NCBI GenBank assembly: GCA_013265495.1
Contig: MU058781.1
Span: 352,963-416,962, forward strand
DNA: 64,000 bases
Origin: Vicugna vicugna
Lineage: Eukaryota
Direction of reading: 5' to 3'
Shown: positions 37,583 to 49,199 of the stretch, piece after piece
Layout: each line of letters begins with the position of its first letter
Numbering within the stretch: position 1 is the stretch's first letter
Made by a program: the position numbers and the translations under genes
Notes under the pieces: generated by a model
The model's database searches: none
What the model was told of the DNA's origin: nothing
The model's input: the letters and a program-made list of their open reading frames with translations, nothing else

Positions 37583-37769
37583 TTTTTTGTAATTTTTAAA
37601 TTATTATTTTTTAATTTATTTTTCTTTTCTTAAAAATTTTTTGTGCTTTTTGTGGGTGGGGTGTAATTAGGTTTATTTACTTATTTTTAATGGCGGTACT
37701 GGGAATTGAACCCAGGACCTGGTGCATGCTAACTAAGCACATGCTCTACCACTGAGCTACACCCTCCCC
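37583..37769 (-). mobile_element. tRNA-Ala-derived SINE (vic-1-like)
   Basis: Reverse complement 'ggggagggtgtagctcagtggtagagcatgtgcttagttagcatgcaccaggtcctgggttcaattcccagtaccgcca...aaataaacctaattacacccc' plus a long A-rich tail. Confidence 0.88.
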
Positions 37770-37799
37770 ACTACAAATTCTTTTTTGTTTTGTTTTGGG

Positions 37800-38340
37800 G
37801 GTATTTTTTGCTGCAATTCATCCTTCTTTTCTGAGGATGTGGATTTGATCATGTTGAGCATGCCGACACTCCTCCCAAACTTCATGGTTTCATTGCCTAC
37901 GTCCAAGGTTCTAAAGTTCTCACCATAATGATCAATTCTGCTTATTTTCAGGTTTCAAGCTGTCTTACGCGTACTCATGTTCTCCTTCTCTGCTTCACCC
38001 ACACCAAGCAAAACACCATCACATCACAAACATCATGCAAATAATGCTAACTCAACACTTGCGATGTTCTCCCAATGTTTCCTTGATCTGGAACGATCTT
38101 CCTTGTCTAGGGTAAATCCCATCAACGCTTCCAGCCCCAGTTAAAATCCAAACTTCATCAGTCTTCCCTGCAGCTGTAAACTAGTTCATGTCTTGATTGT
38201 CTTAGCACATACATTATATACTACGATTACAGGAAGCTGCACACACATCTGTTTGCCAGTAGTAGACTGTTAGAGCATTTGGATAACAGGTCCATTGTTT
38301 AATATTTGTATTCCTTACAAGGTCTGCCACATTCTCTTGC
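37800..38340 (+). mobile_element. L2 LINE 3' fragment
   Basis: 'tcttagcacat', 'gtagactgttagagcatttggataacaggtccattgtttaatatttgtattcc'. Confidence 0.5.
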
Positions 38341-38639
38341 TAATGCATCAATTATATTGGCTACTGCTATTCAAAACTGAACGTCTTGACCTTGGACTTC
38401 TTAATTCAAGACTCTGAGTTAAATAAGTATGAGAAGTAGAAAGAATTGATAGAGTTTGCTTTTTTTTTTTGACATTAGCTCTAAACATTAAGAGAATATG
38501 TGGTGCTCTGAGCATTACAACACGGTGACAGAGGGATGTCTCTCAGCAATCAGGCCATCTGCTACTGCAACGCATAGAAGGCAAATGCAATTAATATTTA
38601 TGTGAAAGGTTCTATGTTTTATATTTCATTTATTCATTT

Positions 38640-41600
38640 TTTGGCTTATTAATGTGTTATTTACATATATTAAAATTCAACAATATGAAGTGTACGTTTT
38701 GATGAATTTTGGTAATTTGTATAATGGTTTAAATACCTCCACGGTCAGGAATAGGACAGATCCCTCACCCTGCAAAGTTTCCCTCTGCCCCTTTGCCCTG
38801 GATACACTTTGCCCATTCTCAATCCCAGGTGAGGACTTCTCTTCTGTCCCACTATACAGTTTCTAGAATTTCATATCAATGTAATTATATAGTACATAGT
38901 CTTTCTTGTTTAACTCCTTTCACTTAGCATCATGTTTGAAATTCAGCTATTTTTTACCGTAGTACTACTATATGTTAATACAGATGCTAATATAGCACTA
39001 CTTTTTATTTCTGAGTAGTATTCCATGTTCTGGATATACCCCAGTCTGCTGATTTATTTTCCAGTTGACAATCATTTGGGTTGCTTACAAATTCAAGCTG
39101 TTATGAATACTGATGCTTTGACTATTCACATACATGTTTTTGTGTAGATACATGTTTTCTTTCCTCTTGGATAAATATCCAGAAGAATTTCTGAGTCATA
39201 TGGAAAATTCATACTTAACTTACCTGATTGATCCGTTTAAGACTTCCAGTGCTATGTTGAATAAGTGATGAAAGTAGGCACTCTTTTCTTGTGTCTGAGC
39301 TTAGAGGAAAAACTTTGAAACTGTCATCATTGAGTTTGATGTTAGCTGTGGGTTTGTCCTATATGGACTTTATTGTGTTGAAATATGTTCTCTCTCTACC
39401 TAGTTTGTTGCGTTTTTATCATGAATGGATGCTGAATTTTGTCAGATGCTTTTTCTGCATCTGTGGAGATGGTCATGTGATTTTTTTATCTTTCATCCTA
39501 TGAATGTGATGTAGCACATTTATTGTTGTTCCTGATCGTAAGCGGAAAGCCGTCAGTCCTTCACTATTCAGCATGGTGTCAGCTGTGAGTCTGTATCTGG
39601 TTAAAGATGGTTCTGTCTACTTCTAGTTTATTGAATGTTTTTATCATGAAAACCTTTTGGATTCTGTCAAATTATCTTTCTGAATCGGTTTTGGTCACCA
39701 TGTGGATTTGTTTTACTCTGTTGCTATGGTGTATTACATTAAGTATTGGTGTTAATCCAACTCTGCACTCCTGGGATAAACGCTACTTGGTCAAGGTGTA
39801 CTAGCATTTTTATATGTTGCTAGATTTCATCTGCTAATATTTGGTTGAGTTTTTTTGCATCTATGTTCATGGGGAAAACTGATTTGTAGTTTTCCTTCTT
39901 GTGATGTCTTTATCTGTTGTTGGTGTTGGTGTTGGTGTTGGTGTTGTTTTGCTGTTAAGATATTCTTGGCCTCATAGATTGAGTTAGGAAGTGTTCCCTC
40001 TGCTTGTATTTTCTCAAAGAGATTGTAGAGAATTTATGTCATTTCTTCCATAAATGTTTGGTAGAATTTTCCATTGAAACCATCAGGGCCTGGTGGTTTT
40101 TTTGGAGAGTTACTAATTATGGATTCAATTTCTTTAATGGGTGTATTCCTATTCAGATAATTTATTTTATGTTGTTTGTGACTTGGTAGTTTTGTCTTTC
40201 AAGGTATTGGTCCTTCTCATCTAAGTTAGCAAATATTGAGATCAGTTATTCATATTATTCCTTCATTATTCTTTGTGTCTATGGGATCAATAGCGTTGGC
40301 CTTTATTTCATTTCTCGTATTGGTAGTTTGGGTCTTTTTTTCTCTTTTTCTTTGTTGCCACCCTGGCTTGCCACCCTGCTCCGTCTCCTGCGTGCCCATG
40401 ACCTGGCATGGAGGACTGCCCTTCCCCTGCCTCGCTGCGCACCCATCCGCCTCTGTGATCGCTAAGTAATAAGCCTTGTGACTCTACTTCCTCTGGGTGA
40501 GTGTATTTAAACCGCACCACCACGCAAAACTGCCCTGAGGTTCACCCTTCCCCAGAGCAGGAGCCCCGGTCCTGAGGGAGCCACCTCCCTACCCATTGCA
40601 GGGCGCATATCTCCTTAGCCTGCAGGCATCACCTGCATATTCTTAACTTAACACATGAGCTATGCACCTGCCCCCACAAAACAGGGAACCTTGAACAAAA
40701 GGCTCTGGCAGTTTTATGGATTTGGGGGGGGGGCAAGTGATAGAAGCAGAACATACTGGGTCAGAGTGGGGGAACGTGTCCGCAAGGGGCTCCCTTCCTC
40801 CCCCCAATAAAGACATCTCGGTAAAGGTGCCTCAGGCATTCTGTAACCTGGCGCCTCAGTCTCAGCCTTTCAGTGGGTCTGTGTCCCTGGCGTGACTGTG
40901 TCCCTGGCGTGGTGTGAAGCTGCTCTTCCCTTAGGTGAGACAGGAAGGAGGGAGGACACCTCAGTCATGGAAGTGCCTTTCCTCCGTGTGGAGTACGGCT
41001 CAGGGAAGGATGCTTCCCTGGCAAGCAGACCCTTGTTACGCGGCACACTCTGGGCGTATTTCACAGTTTGCTTTTCCTCCTCTGGCCAAGGCCATGAGAA
41101 CGTTTTTCTTGGCTTTTTAATCTGAGAATTTGGTGGGGTTCCTAGAGGTCATAACCACAAAAGAGTTTAGGATCCCCCCCCTAAAACTGAAGCCCCTAGG
41201 AATTTCTCACTCGCAAGTGAATCCAAACTCAATCCCCAACAATTTGTAAAACTGACCCTGTGACAGTGTCCAGCTAGTGGCCACTCCAGCGGTGCCCCTC
41301 CGGGTGAGCTGCCCTTGCCTGCGACGCTCCTGCCTCCCTTGTCCTGCCTGGTTTTGCGGTGGACGCTTTCCCTGTGCCCTTAGTTCTCTGACAGATCTAA
41401 GAAAAGTGGGCGATTTTCAGTGATCACAGCTTTTCTTGTTGTGAGGACAAGAATACTATGACTTCCAAGTTTCTCTCCTTTAGAACTGAAGCCGGAAACA
41501 CCGGTCATGCGTTTTCCCTCCTCCAGTTCTGAAACGCCAACCGTTTGAAGAATTTGCATCTTAGACTGTTTGCTATTGTCTGCAGCACGTTGAGGAAACT

Positions 41601-41880
41601 GTATTTTCATTTCATTTTTATGATTATGTTTTTATTTCACTTTCATCTTTATATTTTATTTCACTTTTTTCCCCCCTTTTTGTACATCAATTTGGATATT
41701 TTCTACTGACCTGTTTGTATGCTCACTGAGTCTTTCCTTTGCTCTGTCCAGCCTATGGGCAACCTGTAAGAGAGATTCTTCATTTTTTATATTTTATTTT
41801 TATTTCTTGCATTTCCATTTGGCTCTCTAGTTACATAAGCTTCAACTCCGTGTAAAATTTCCTATCTTGTCATAAGCATT
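38640..41880 (-). mobile_element. Composite of old L1 fragments (L1ME-type 3' end, ORF2, 5'/ORF1 pieces)
   Basis: 'ctttcacttagcatcatgttt', 'gacttccagtgctatgttgaataag', 'gctgaattttgtcagatgctttttctgcatct', 'ggcctcatagattgagttaggaagtgttccctc'. Confidence 0.8.
40355..40600 (+). mobile_element. ERVL LTR fragment (MER74/MER73-like)
   Basis: GC-richer block inside the L1: 'cccatgacctggcatggaggactgcccttccc...aagtaataagccttgtgactc...ggtgagtgtatttaaa'. Confidence 0.4.
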
Positions 41881-42894
41881 CTCATATATTTGGTTTCATG
41901 TGAAAGTTATCTAAAACTAAGTGCCTTGTCAAAAAGGGAAGTTAAATATATTAAGGATGCATACTATTTGTAACTTATCTTTTTTAAAATAGTATAATTC
42001 AGGATTTAGTGTTTTAACTATTAATTTACTAATAAAACTTAAAACAAAGCTAAATAATAATTATAAAGAAAATCAACACTAGACAACTTGTAGAAGTGTG
42101 TACAAGATATTTCATAAAGCCTTTGGGTGGACAAAACCTATGTATGTATTTGCTGTAACTTTTTTTTTTCAGGAAAAACTGGTCATTTCTGTTCAGCAGA
42201 GACAGATTTTTATAGCCAAAGGAATGGTGAAAATTTTCTGCCTTTCAGGCAATTGTAAAAATGTTTTAATGTGCCTCAGCTGGAAATTTCTATGCTTTGC
42301 CAAATTAAATAATCACTTTCTCCCTGAAAAATTGTCTTTTGTCTTGGAAGGGGTTTGAGAAGAGACTATATTTGAAAACCATGCAAAGCATTTTAAAAAC
42401 TTTACTGTTTGGCATGGAAATGCTGATATTTTAAACCTCTGCCTTAGCTACTAATGTAAGAATTCCTATAAATGAAGAAAAGCAACAACAACAAAAAAAA
42501 AATTACGCACTATAGGTTGTGGAAGGGACCTATGAAGGTAATATACTTTAACTTGTAGTAGGGAATGGTTGACTGATTTTGCCTCATTCCTGAAAAATGT
42601 TAAAGCAAGTATAATTTCCCCTCTTCCTTTGGTGGAAAAAAAATTTCTTTAATTCTAAAATACTATTTGCTGAAGATTCAACTTAACTAGATTTATTTTC
42701 TATGTAACCGAACAACAGCAAACTCACTACTGTCAAATGGATCTATATGTGGTTGCATTCTTTTCCAGATGCTTTTCTGATTTATTCTAAAATGAATAAT
42801 CTAATATTTTAAGGTTAATTATGAAACTTACGGTTATTTTTTCTCATACTATTATAATCTAACAATAGATACCTAAACAGCTTTTAAAGATCAT

Positions 42895-43785
42895 ACCCTG
42901 ACTACCACACATCTGTTAGAATGGTCAAAATCCAGAACACTGACGCCACCAAATGCTGGCAAGGATGTGGAGCAACAGGAACTTTCACCATTGCTGGTGG
43001 GAATGCAAATTGGTACAGCCACTTTGGCAGACGGTTTGGTGCTTCCTTACAAAACTCAACATACCCTTAGCACACGATCCAGCAGCCGTGCTCCTTGGTT
43101 TTTGCTCAAAGGAGCTGAAAACGACCACACAAAAAGCTACACGCAGATGTTTATAGCAGTTTACTTGTAACTGCTAAAACTTGGAAGCAACCAAGGTATC
43201 TTTCAGTAGGAGAATGGATACATAAACTGTGGGATACCCAAACGACGGCATATTATTCAGTGCTAGAAAGAAATGAGCTGTCAAGTGATGAAAAGACACG
43301 GAGGAGGTTCAAATGTGTACTACTAACATAAAGAAACCAATCTGAAGAGGTACATACTGTATGATTCCAACTACATGACATTCGGTAAAAGGCAAAACTA
43401 TGGAGACAGGAAATTGATCGATGATCGCCAGGGGTTGGAGGTGGGAGAAGGAATGAATAGGTGGAACATAGAGGATTTTTAGGCCAGTGAAAACACTCCT
43501 GTATGAAACCATAATGATGGATAGACGTTATTATACATTTGTCCAAGCCCATAGCATGCACAAGAGCAAATTTGTAACATAAAGTGATCTATGGACTTTG
43601 AGTGATGAGGGCATGTCAGTGTAGGTTCATCAACTGTAACTCATGCACCACTCGGTGGGGGATGTAGGTGGGAGACTGTGCATGTGTGGGGGCATGGGGG
43701 CAGAGCGAAATTGGGTAATCTCTGTAACTTCCGCTCAATATTGCTGTGAACCTAAAACTGCTGTAAAAAAATTAACACTTAAGAA
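42895..43785 (+). mobile_element. L1MC1/L1MB-like 3' end
   Basis: 'aaaatccagaacactgacgccaccaaatgctggcaaggatgtggagcaacaggaact', 'atactgtatgattccaactacatgacatt', ending 'gctcaatattgctgtgaacctaaaactgctgtaaaaaa'. Confidence 0.9.
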
Positions 43786-45619
43786 AAAAGATTCCGTGTC
43801 CAGTGTATTTGAAGGTGGTCATTTCCATTCAGCAGAGAAAGAATTCCAATGTTAAAAAAAAAAATCTGACTTCAACAAGGTAAATCACTGTGCTGCCAGA
43901 GTCTTCATAGTGTCTCTATGGAAGCAGGGCAAAAATTCCATGGATTTTGGGGTCTGGTAGAAAGTGAGTTTTTCAGTGTGTTGGCCTGATTATGACTAGG
44001 TGAGGTTGATGACATAATAATTTAAAGTGGTGGACACAGAGATGTGAGGATACTGAGGGGAGAGGGTAAAGCTAGTCTTGGAGAGTAAAAAGTGTCTTTT
44101 ATTTTTCCTTTAAGAATATTATCTCTTATCCATGCCAGAGAGAAGATGCAAATAAAGATCTGAGTTATAAATTAAATTAAGATCTTTCATCAATCACATT
44201 TTAAACAAATGGAATCTATGGAAATTAAAAAAAAATCAACGAGCTAAAAACTATAATTTACATTATACTTTCTTTTTACATACCACATATGTACCTTCCC
44301 CATTCTGTAAAGGACATCACAATAATAAAAATCTCCATCAAAATGTTTACAAAAGTAATGAGATAACTTCATGGCTGTTAATGAAAGAGACAAAATATCT
44401 CTCGGTCCGTGGAGGACTCCACCTTGGACTTTGATTGAATAGCAATAAGTCCATTGTCTTGAATAACTAATGAGTTACATGTTTAGTATTTGATTTACTG
44501 GCTTTATTTTTCCAGATAGAGAGAGAGAGCAAAGAACCCTAAACTGACAAAAATAACGTAGCTTCTTGGCCGTTAGGGGGAAATTCTTTTATCAGGGTAC
44601 TGCTTTAAATACGTTTCTAATAACTCTTTTTTACAAACAAGGAGTCCATACGTGACACAGGCATATTCATTTACAGCTTTCATTATACTATTCATATTAG
44701 CAACATAAAAGGGAATCTTCAGCCCTTACTTTTAAGGAATTCATTTTAGGCTTCTGATATTCATAAGGAATGGAGACGCTGATAGCTCAAATTTTTTATA
44801 GTAAAGGGCTCATTTGCAGCAAACAAAGTAAATGGAAGACAAATCATTCATGCAAGGACTACTAATCCAGCTGTTTTGCTTCTGGGCTTAATTGAACTTA
44901 CCTAGAATTGGTATTTGGTGTCAGCATGTGATGTTGCGTCATCAACACAAACAAGAGTCACGCAACACAAAGGAGTCTCTGAAGAGAAGGAAACTCCAAG
45001 ATTAAAGCTGTCAAACCAAAGACAAAATATTAATTTATTTGACTCAGTCTTCACATAAACATTTTTCAGTCATGTATGTTATAGACACAGTATACTAGCT
45101 TGATGCTGTGTTTCTCCATTTCTATCCTTTAGATTTATCTTATAGACCAAGGCCGTGAAGGAAGCTGGAGTCCAGTAAAATGGCTTTGAAAATGGTTAGG
45201 CATCTCTTCTGCTTGGCAGGCAGGCAAGTTGACTATTGTCTCTAAAGGCAGGTTTGTAACATCTTAATTCCAAAGGCAGATGCACATCAACCACTACCAG
45301 GCCTTTCCCATTTGTGTGTAGAAAAATGAACTTATCCTTTAAAACTAAGCAACAAAAACCATGTTTGGGGGAGAATTTGCACCTATATTTATTTATGCAT
45401 ATTTTATTCCATTTATCTATGAGAAGTTGATACTGGATGTTTTCAAGTGACTGTCGGGAATATTTCATTTACTAACATGTAAGAGATTAAAGAAAACATT
45501 TCAATAGAAATGTTGGTGAATACATGTGTTACGCATATGTCAGCCTAGAATATAAATCTACTTTATGTATAAATGCATATTCATATAACATCAAATCGCA
45601 GCACGTTCAGTACTTTAGC

Positions 45620-45917
45620 TGCATAACTCCCATCAGACGTCCTTCACGACCCTCTCCATACGTTTGAACATGTACCCCCTCATTTATATCGGCACTCCTG
45701 ATTTTCCTTTCCTGTTCAGCTTTTTCTTTTCCCATCACAGTTCTCACCTAATATGCTACACAATGTATCTGTTTGTTATGCTGGTTGACTACTAGTTCTT
45801 CCTACTCGAACCTTAAGCTTCCTGAGAGCCAGGTTGGTTTTATTCATTGATACCGCTCAGTTGTCTCTCACAGCGTAGCATGAATAGAGTAAATGCTTAA
45901 TAAATGAATGAATGAAC
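45620..45917 (+). mobile_element. L2 LINE 3' end
   Basis: 'taagcttcctgagagccagg...ttattcattgata...gagtaaatgcttaataaatgaatgaatgaa'. Confidence 0.7.
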
Positions 45918-45967
45918 ATGTTATAAATGTCATGTGCGTACATATTTATGTGTGCTGGTATATGGGC

Positions 45968-46003
45968 AGATAGATTGGATAGATGATAGATAGAAAGATA
46001 GAT
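45968..46003. repeat. Degenerate (GATA)n microsatellite
   Basis: agatagattggatagatgatagatagaaagatagat. Confidence 0.8.
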
Positions 46004-46614
46004 ATGTGGGGTTTTTTAGACTTGTAATCATACTTTTCACACCTTTTCTCTCATTTTTCTTCATTTGGTGTGTAAGCCATCTTTCTCTTCTCTGTCATTT
46101 AAATTGCCTATGGGTTCCATAATATTTACATGTTTAATTCAAAAGGTCGAGCTTAGGGACCTAATATTCTGAGCTTAGAGCTCCAAGATACATACTTTAC
46201 CAGACATACTTGAAAAAAAATGGTCTTTTTCGTTTTCTAAGCTTATAAATTACTATCATCATAGTGCTCTGAACTTGGTTGACTAAATATTTCTTCCAAA
46301 TCACATGAAACGAAAAATCGCTCCTAAGCGAAATGAAACAATAAATGTTACATCCAGACCTTCCAGCGAGACGTCACCTGAGCTCCGCAGTGTCATCGGA
46401 GCCAGCAGAGCCCAGGTGGGTTCAAGTGCAACCGCCACCACCCCATATCAAAGCAGGAAATTGCCCCGCACAGTCATGTGGGAAGCGGGCCGCCTGAAGG
46501 TCTAGAAGGCTCATCCCTGACCATGTCCATCACCCACGGCAAGCCAGGTGGGCTGTCACTAGCTGCCAAGCCCTGCCAGTGAATCTGACAGCTTGTGGGA
46601 AAATTATTTTAAAT

Positions 46615-46883
46615 TTCAATTCAAATATACAGTTCTCTGCTCAGAGTGTCCTTCCTTGGTAAGATCTAAATAGCACCCTCTTCATACCATCTTTCCTGCC
46701 TGGTATTATTCATATTTATTTCGCTTATTTGATTATTGCCTGTCTTCCTCACTAGAATATCAGCTCTATGGAGGCAAGAACTCGGTATGTTCTGTTCCTC
46801 TCTGACTCCCCAGTCTTACGGGAAATCTGCCTCATGAAGTGCAGGTGCTCACGTAATAGTTGTTAGATCAATGAATGAATGAA
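46615..46883 (+). mobile_element. L2 LINE 3' end
   Basis: 'tgtcttcctcactagaatatcagctctatggaggcaagaact...gcaggtgctcac...aatgaatgaatgaa'. Confidence 0.75.
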
Positions 46884-47224
46884 GGTAAGTTGTGCAAGGA
46901 AAGGCTGATCCCTCTCAGGGCACTTGGCTCCCTCCATTGCCCCTTCTCACCCTCCAGCCCCACACCAAGGAAGGCTGTTAAAAGCCTCAATACTGAGCAT
47001 TTAAAATAATAAATGCCTTTTTGCTGAAAAGCATGTTTATCTTTCATAGAAACATCTCTACAGTGGGAGTCAGAATTCTACTGTCACATTTATTACAAGT
47101 CACATTGGAGAATACAGCACCTCCGCAACTACATGCTTAGGTCTTAGAAATGACCTGACTTTTAAGTTTCTTTGTTTTTGGAACACTAGGTTGATTGTTA
47201 ATATGAAAACCCAAAATGTGTATA

Positions 47225-47630
47225 CCTAGGTTGATTGAGAAAATGGAAGAATGGGGACGACTGCAAAAGATGCAGATCTTTGATGGTGGAAGAGGAAAAG
47301 ATCAACATTTCAATTTTAGACGTGTTAAGTTCAAGGTGCCTTTTAGGGGTTCAAGTGCATATGAAGAGTATACAGTTGCATACAAAAGCCTGGAGTGAGA
47401 GGAGATGTCTCCGTTGAATATAGAAATTTTGTAGTTATGATCATATAAATATCTAAAGCCATAAGGAGGGAGGTGAATGCAGATATTAAGATGAGGAGAG
47501 GAGATTGGTCTCTGAGACTCTCCAACACCAAGCAGTTGTGATGATGAGATTTACCAGGTGAAAAATATGAGAAGGAGTGATCAGAGGTAGATGAAGACAC
47601 AAGCAGTCAGCTGTGGTCTCCTAGTCCTCA
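47225..47630 (-). mobile_element. L2 LINE fragment
   Basis: 'ttcaattttagacgtgttaagttcaaggtgccttttag', 'atataaatatctaaagccat', 'gagaaggagtgatcagaggtag'. Confidence 0.7.
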
Positions 47631-49199
47631 AATAAAGAAAAAAATACCTGAAATGCTGGGGTTAAAATGCAGGAATCAAAATATATTGCTTTTCATGATT
47701 TTTGAAATTATTTTTAGTGCTTTTTTAAATTGTAAACTAACTGACATGTGACAGGACTATTAGAAAAGAAACGAGAAAATTCATACTCAAGTTCAGTAGA
47801 ACATAAGTAGAGATTTGTTGGAAAACTTAAAAGCTGTTATTAGTTAAGTTTAATTCTTTTCAGTTTTTTTTTCTTTTTATGCATATTCCTAAAAACTGAA
47901 CTAATAACAGAGATTTTTTAATCAAACTTATTCATTTTACATTAGATCATAAGCATTTAAAATATTACTGCTTACTATTGTTCTTTTTTAACTTTTTTAT
48001 TAGGTATAATTAATATATAATATTACATTAGTTTCAGGTCTAGTCTATTTTTTAAATAAAAATATAATCATCCATCAGGTGTTAAACTATATTTCTTAAT
48101 CTCTTGGTGGTGGATATCCAGATTTTATCTTTCAACCAAAAAATATTTTTTCAGTTTTATTAGGTAGAATTATTACAGCTCGACTGCACACACACATCAT
48201 ACTGCATGTAAACACATATGCACAGTGTCCTGCGCCTTTTTTTTCAGTTTATATATGTGTACTGATCATTGTTTCTAAGAAAAGTTTAGCGCTTTAGCTT
48301 TTTTGACAGCGCACGTGTGCCAGGTACAGTACAGAGAACAGTGTTCTAGAGGAACATATATGTTAGTAAATAATTAGAAAATTATAGAAAATTTAGAAAT
48401 TGGTATTTATTTTATAGCAGCTACTGTTCTTAGTGTTTTAAATATGTTTATTCTTTACCCAGACTTATAAGATAGATGCTATTATGAAGAATTGAGAACG
48501 TGCACAGGAGTGGAAAAGCTTGGGGTTGTTAAAAAATCTTCAGCTAAAATTTGTGTAAACATGATGGGGAGCTTATGGCAAGCTGGTTGGTGTCAGGAGC
48601 TTTCCGTGAGGGGCAGCAGGGTTGGCCAGGAGAGAAGGTGGGGACCCTTCCACAGCGTGCCCACGTGAGTCTGAACGAGATCTGGGGCTCGTGGGAGCTG
48701 TCGAAAGCCTTTGGAAATGGGAGTGGCATGAAGAGATTTATGACAAGACAAGAACCTCGAACCTCGCCAGGCACAAAGGAGGAGACTGTGGTGACAGACG
48801 TCAGGTGTGAGCCAGGGCTGACAGAAGCATGCTGTCCTCGCTTAGAACATTTCTCAGAAGTGGAGTAACTGGGGAGAAGAACATGAATTTGGAACAAAAC
48901 TTGATGATTTGGAAAAGTTTTCCCCAAAGAGCTGGTAAGCCCGGAGTGCACGTGGTTTTGATTGTGGGTGTGTGTTTCTTCCTTTTTTAATTTCCATTCT
49001 AAATATCCTCCTGAGATTTCACTTCAAATTGTTGTTACTACTTTCATTATTATTATTATCATTATTACCTGTGAGGTAATAATATCATTATTGCTGTCAC
49101 CTCCTATACAAAGACATTTCAATATAAATTTGCAACTAATTCAAATTTTTTAAGAAAAATCACCATTTTCCATTTCCAGTTATCTACAATATAGCTTTA

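Noticed and set aside
48544..48951. Overlapping 135-aa and 105-aa ORFs
   Set aside because: No domain similarity, no convincing splice sites; consistent with chance ORFs in a GC-richer patch.
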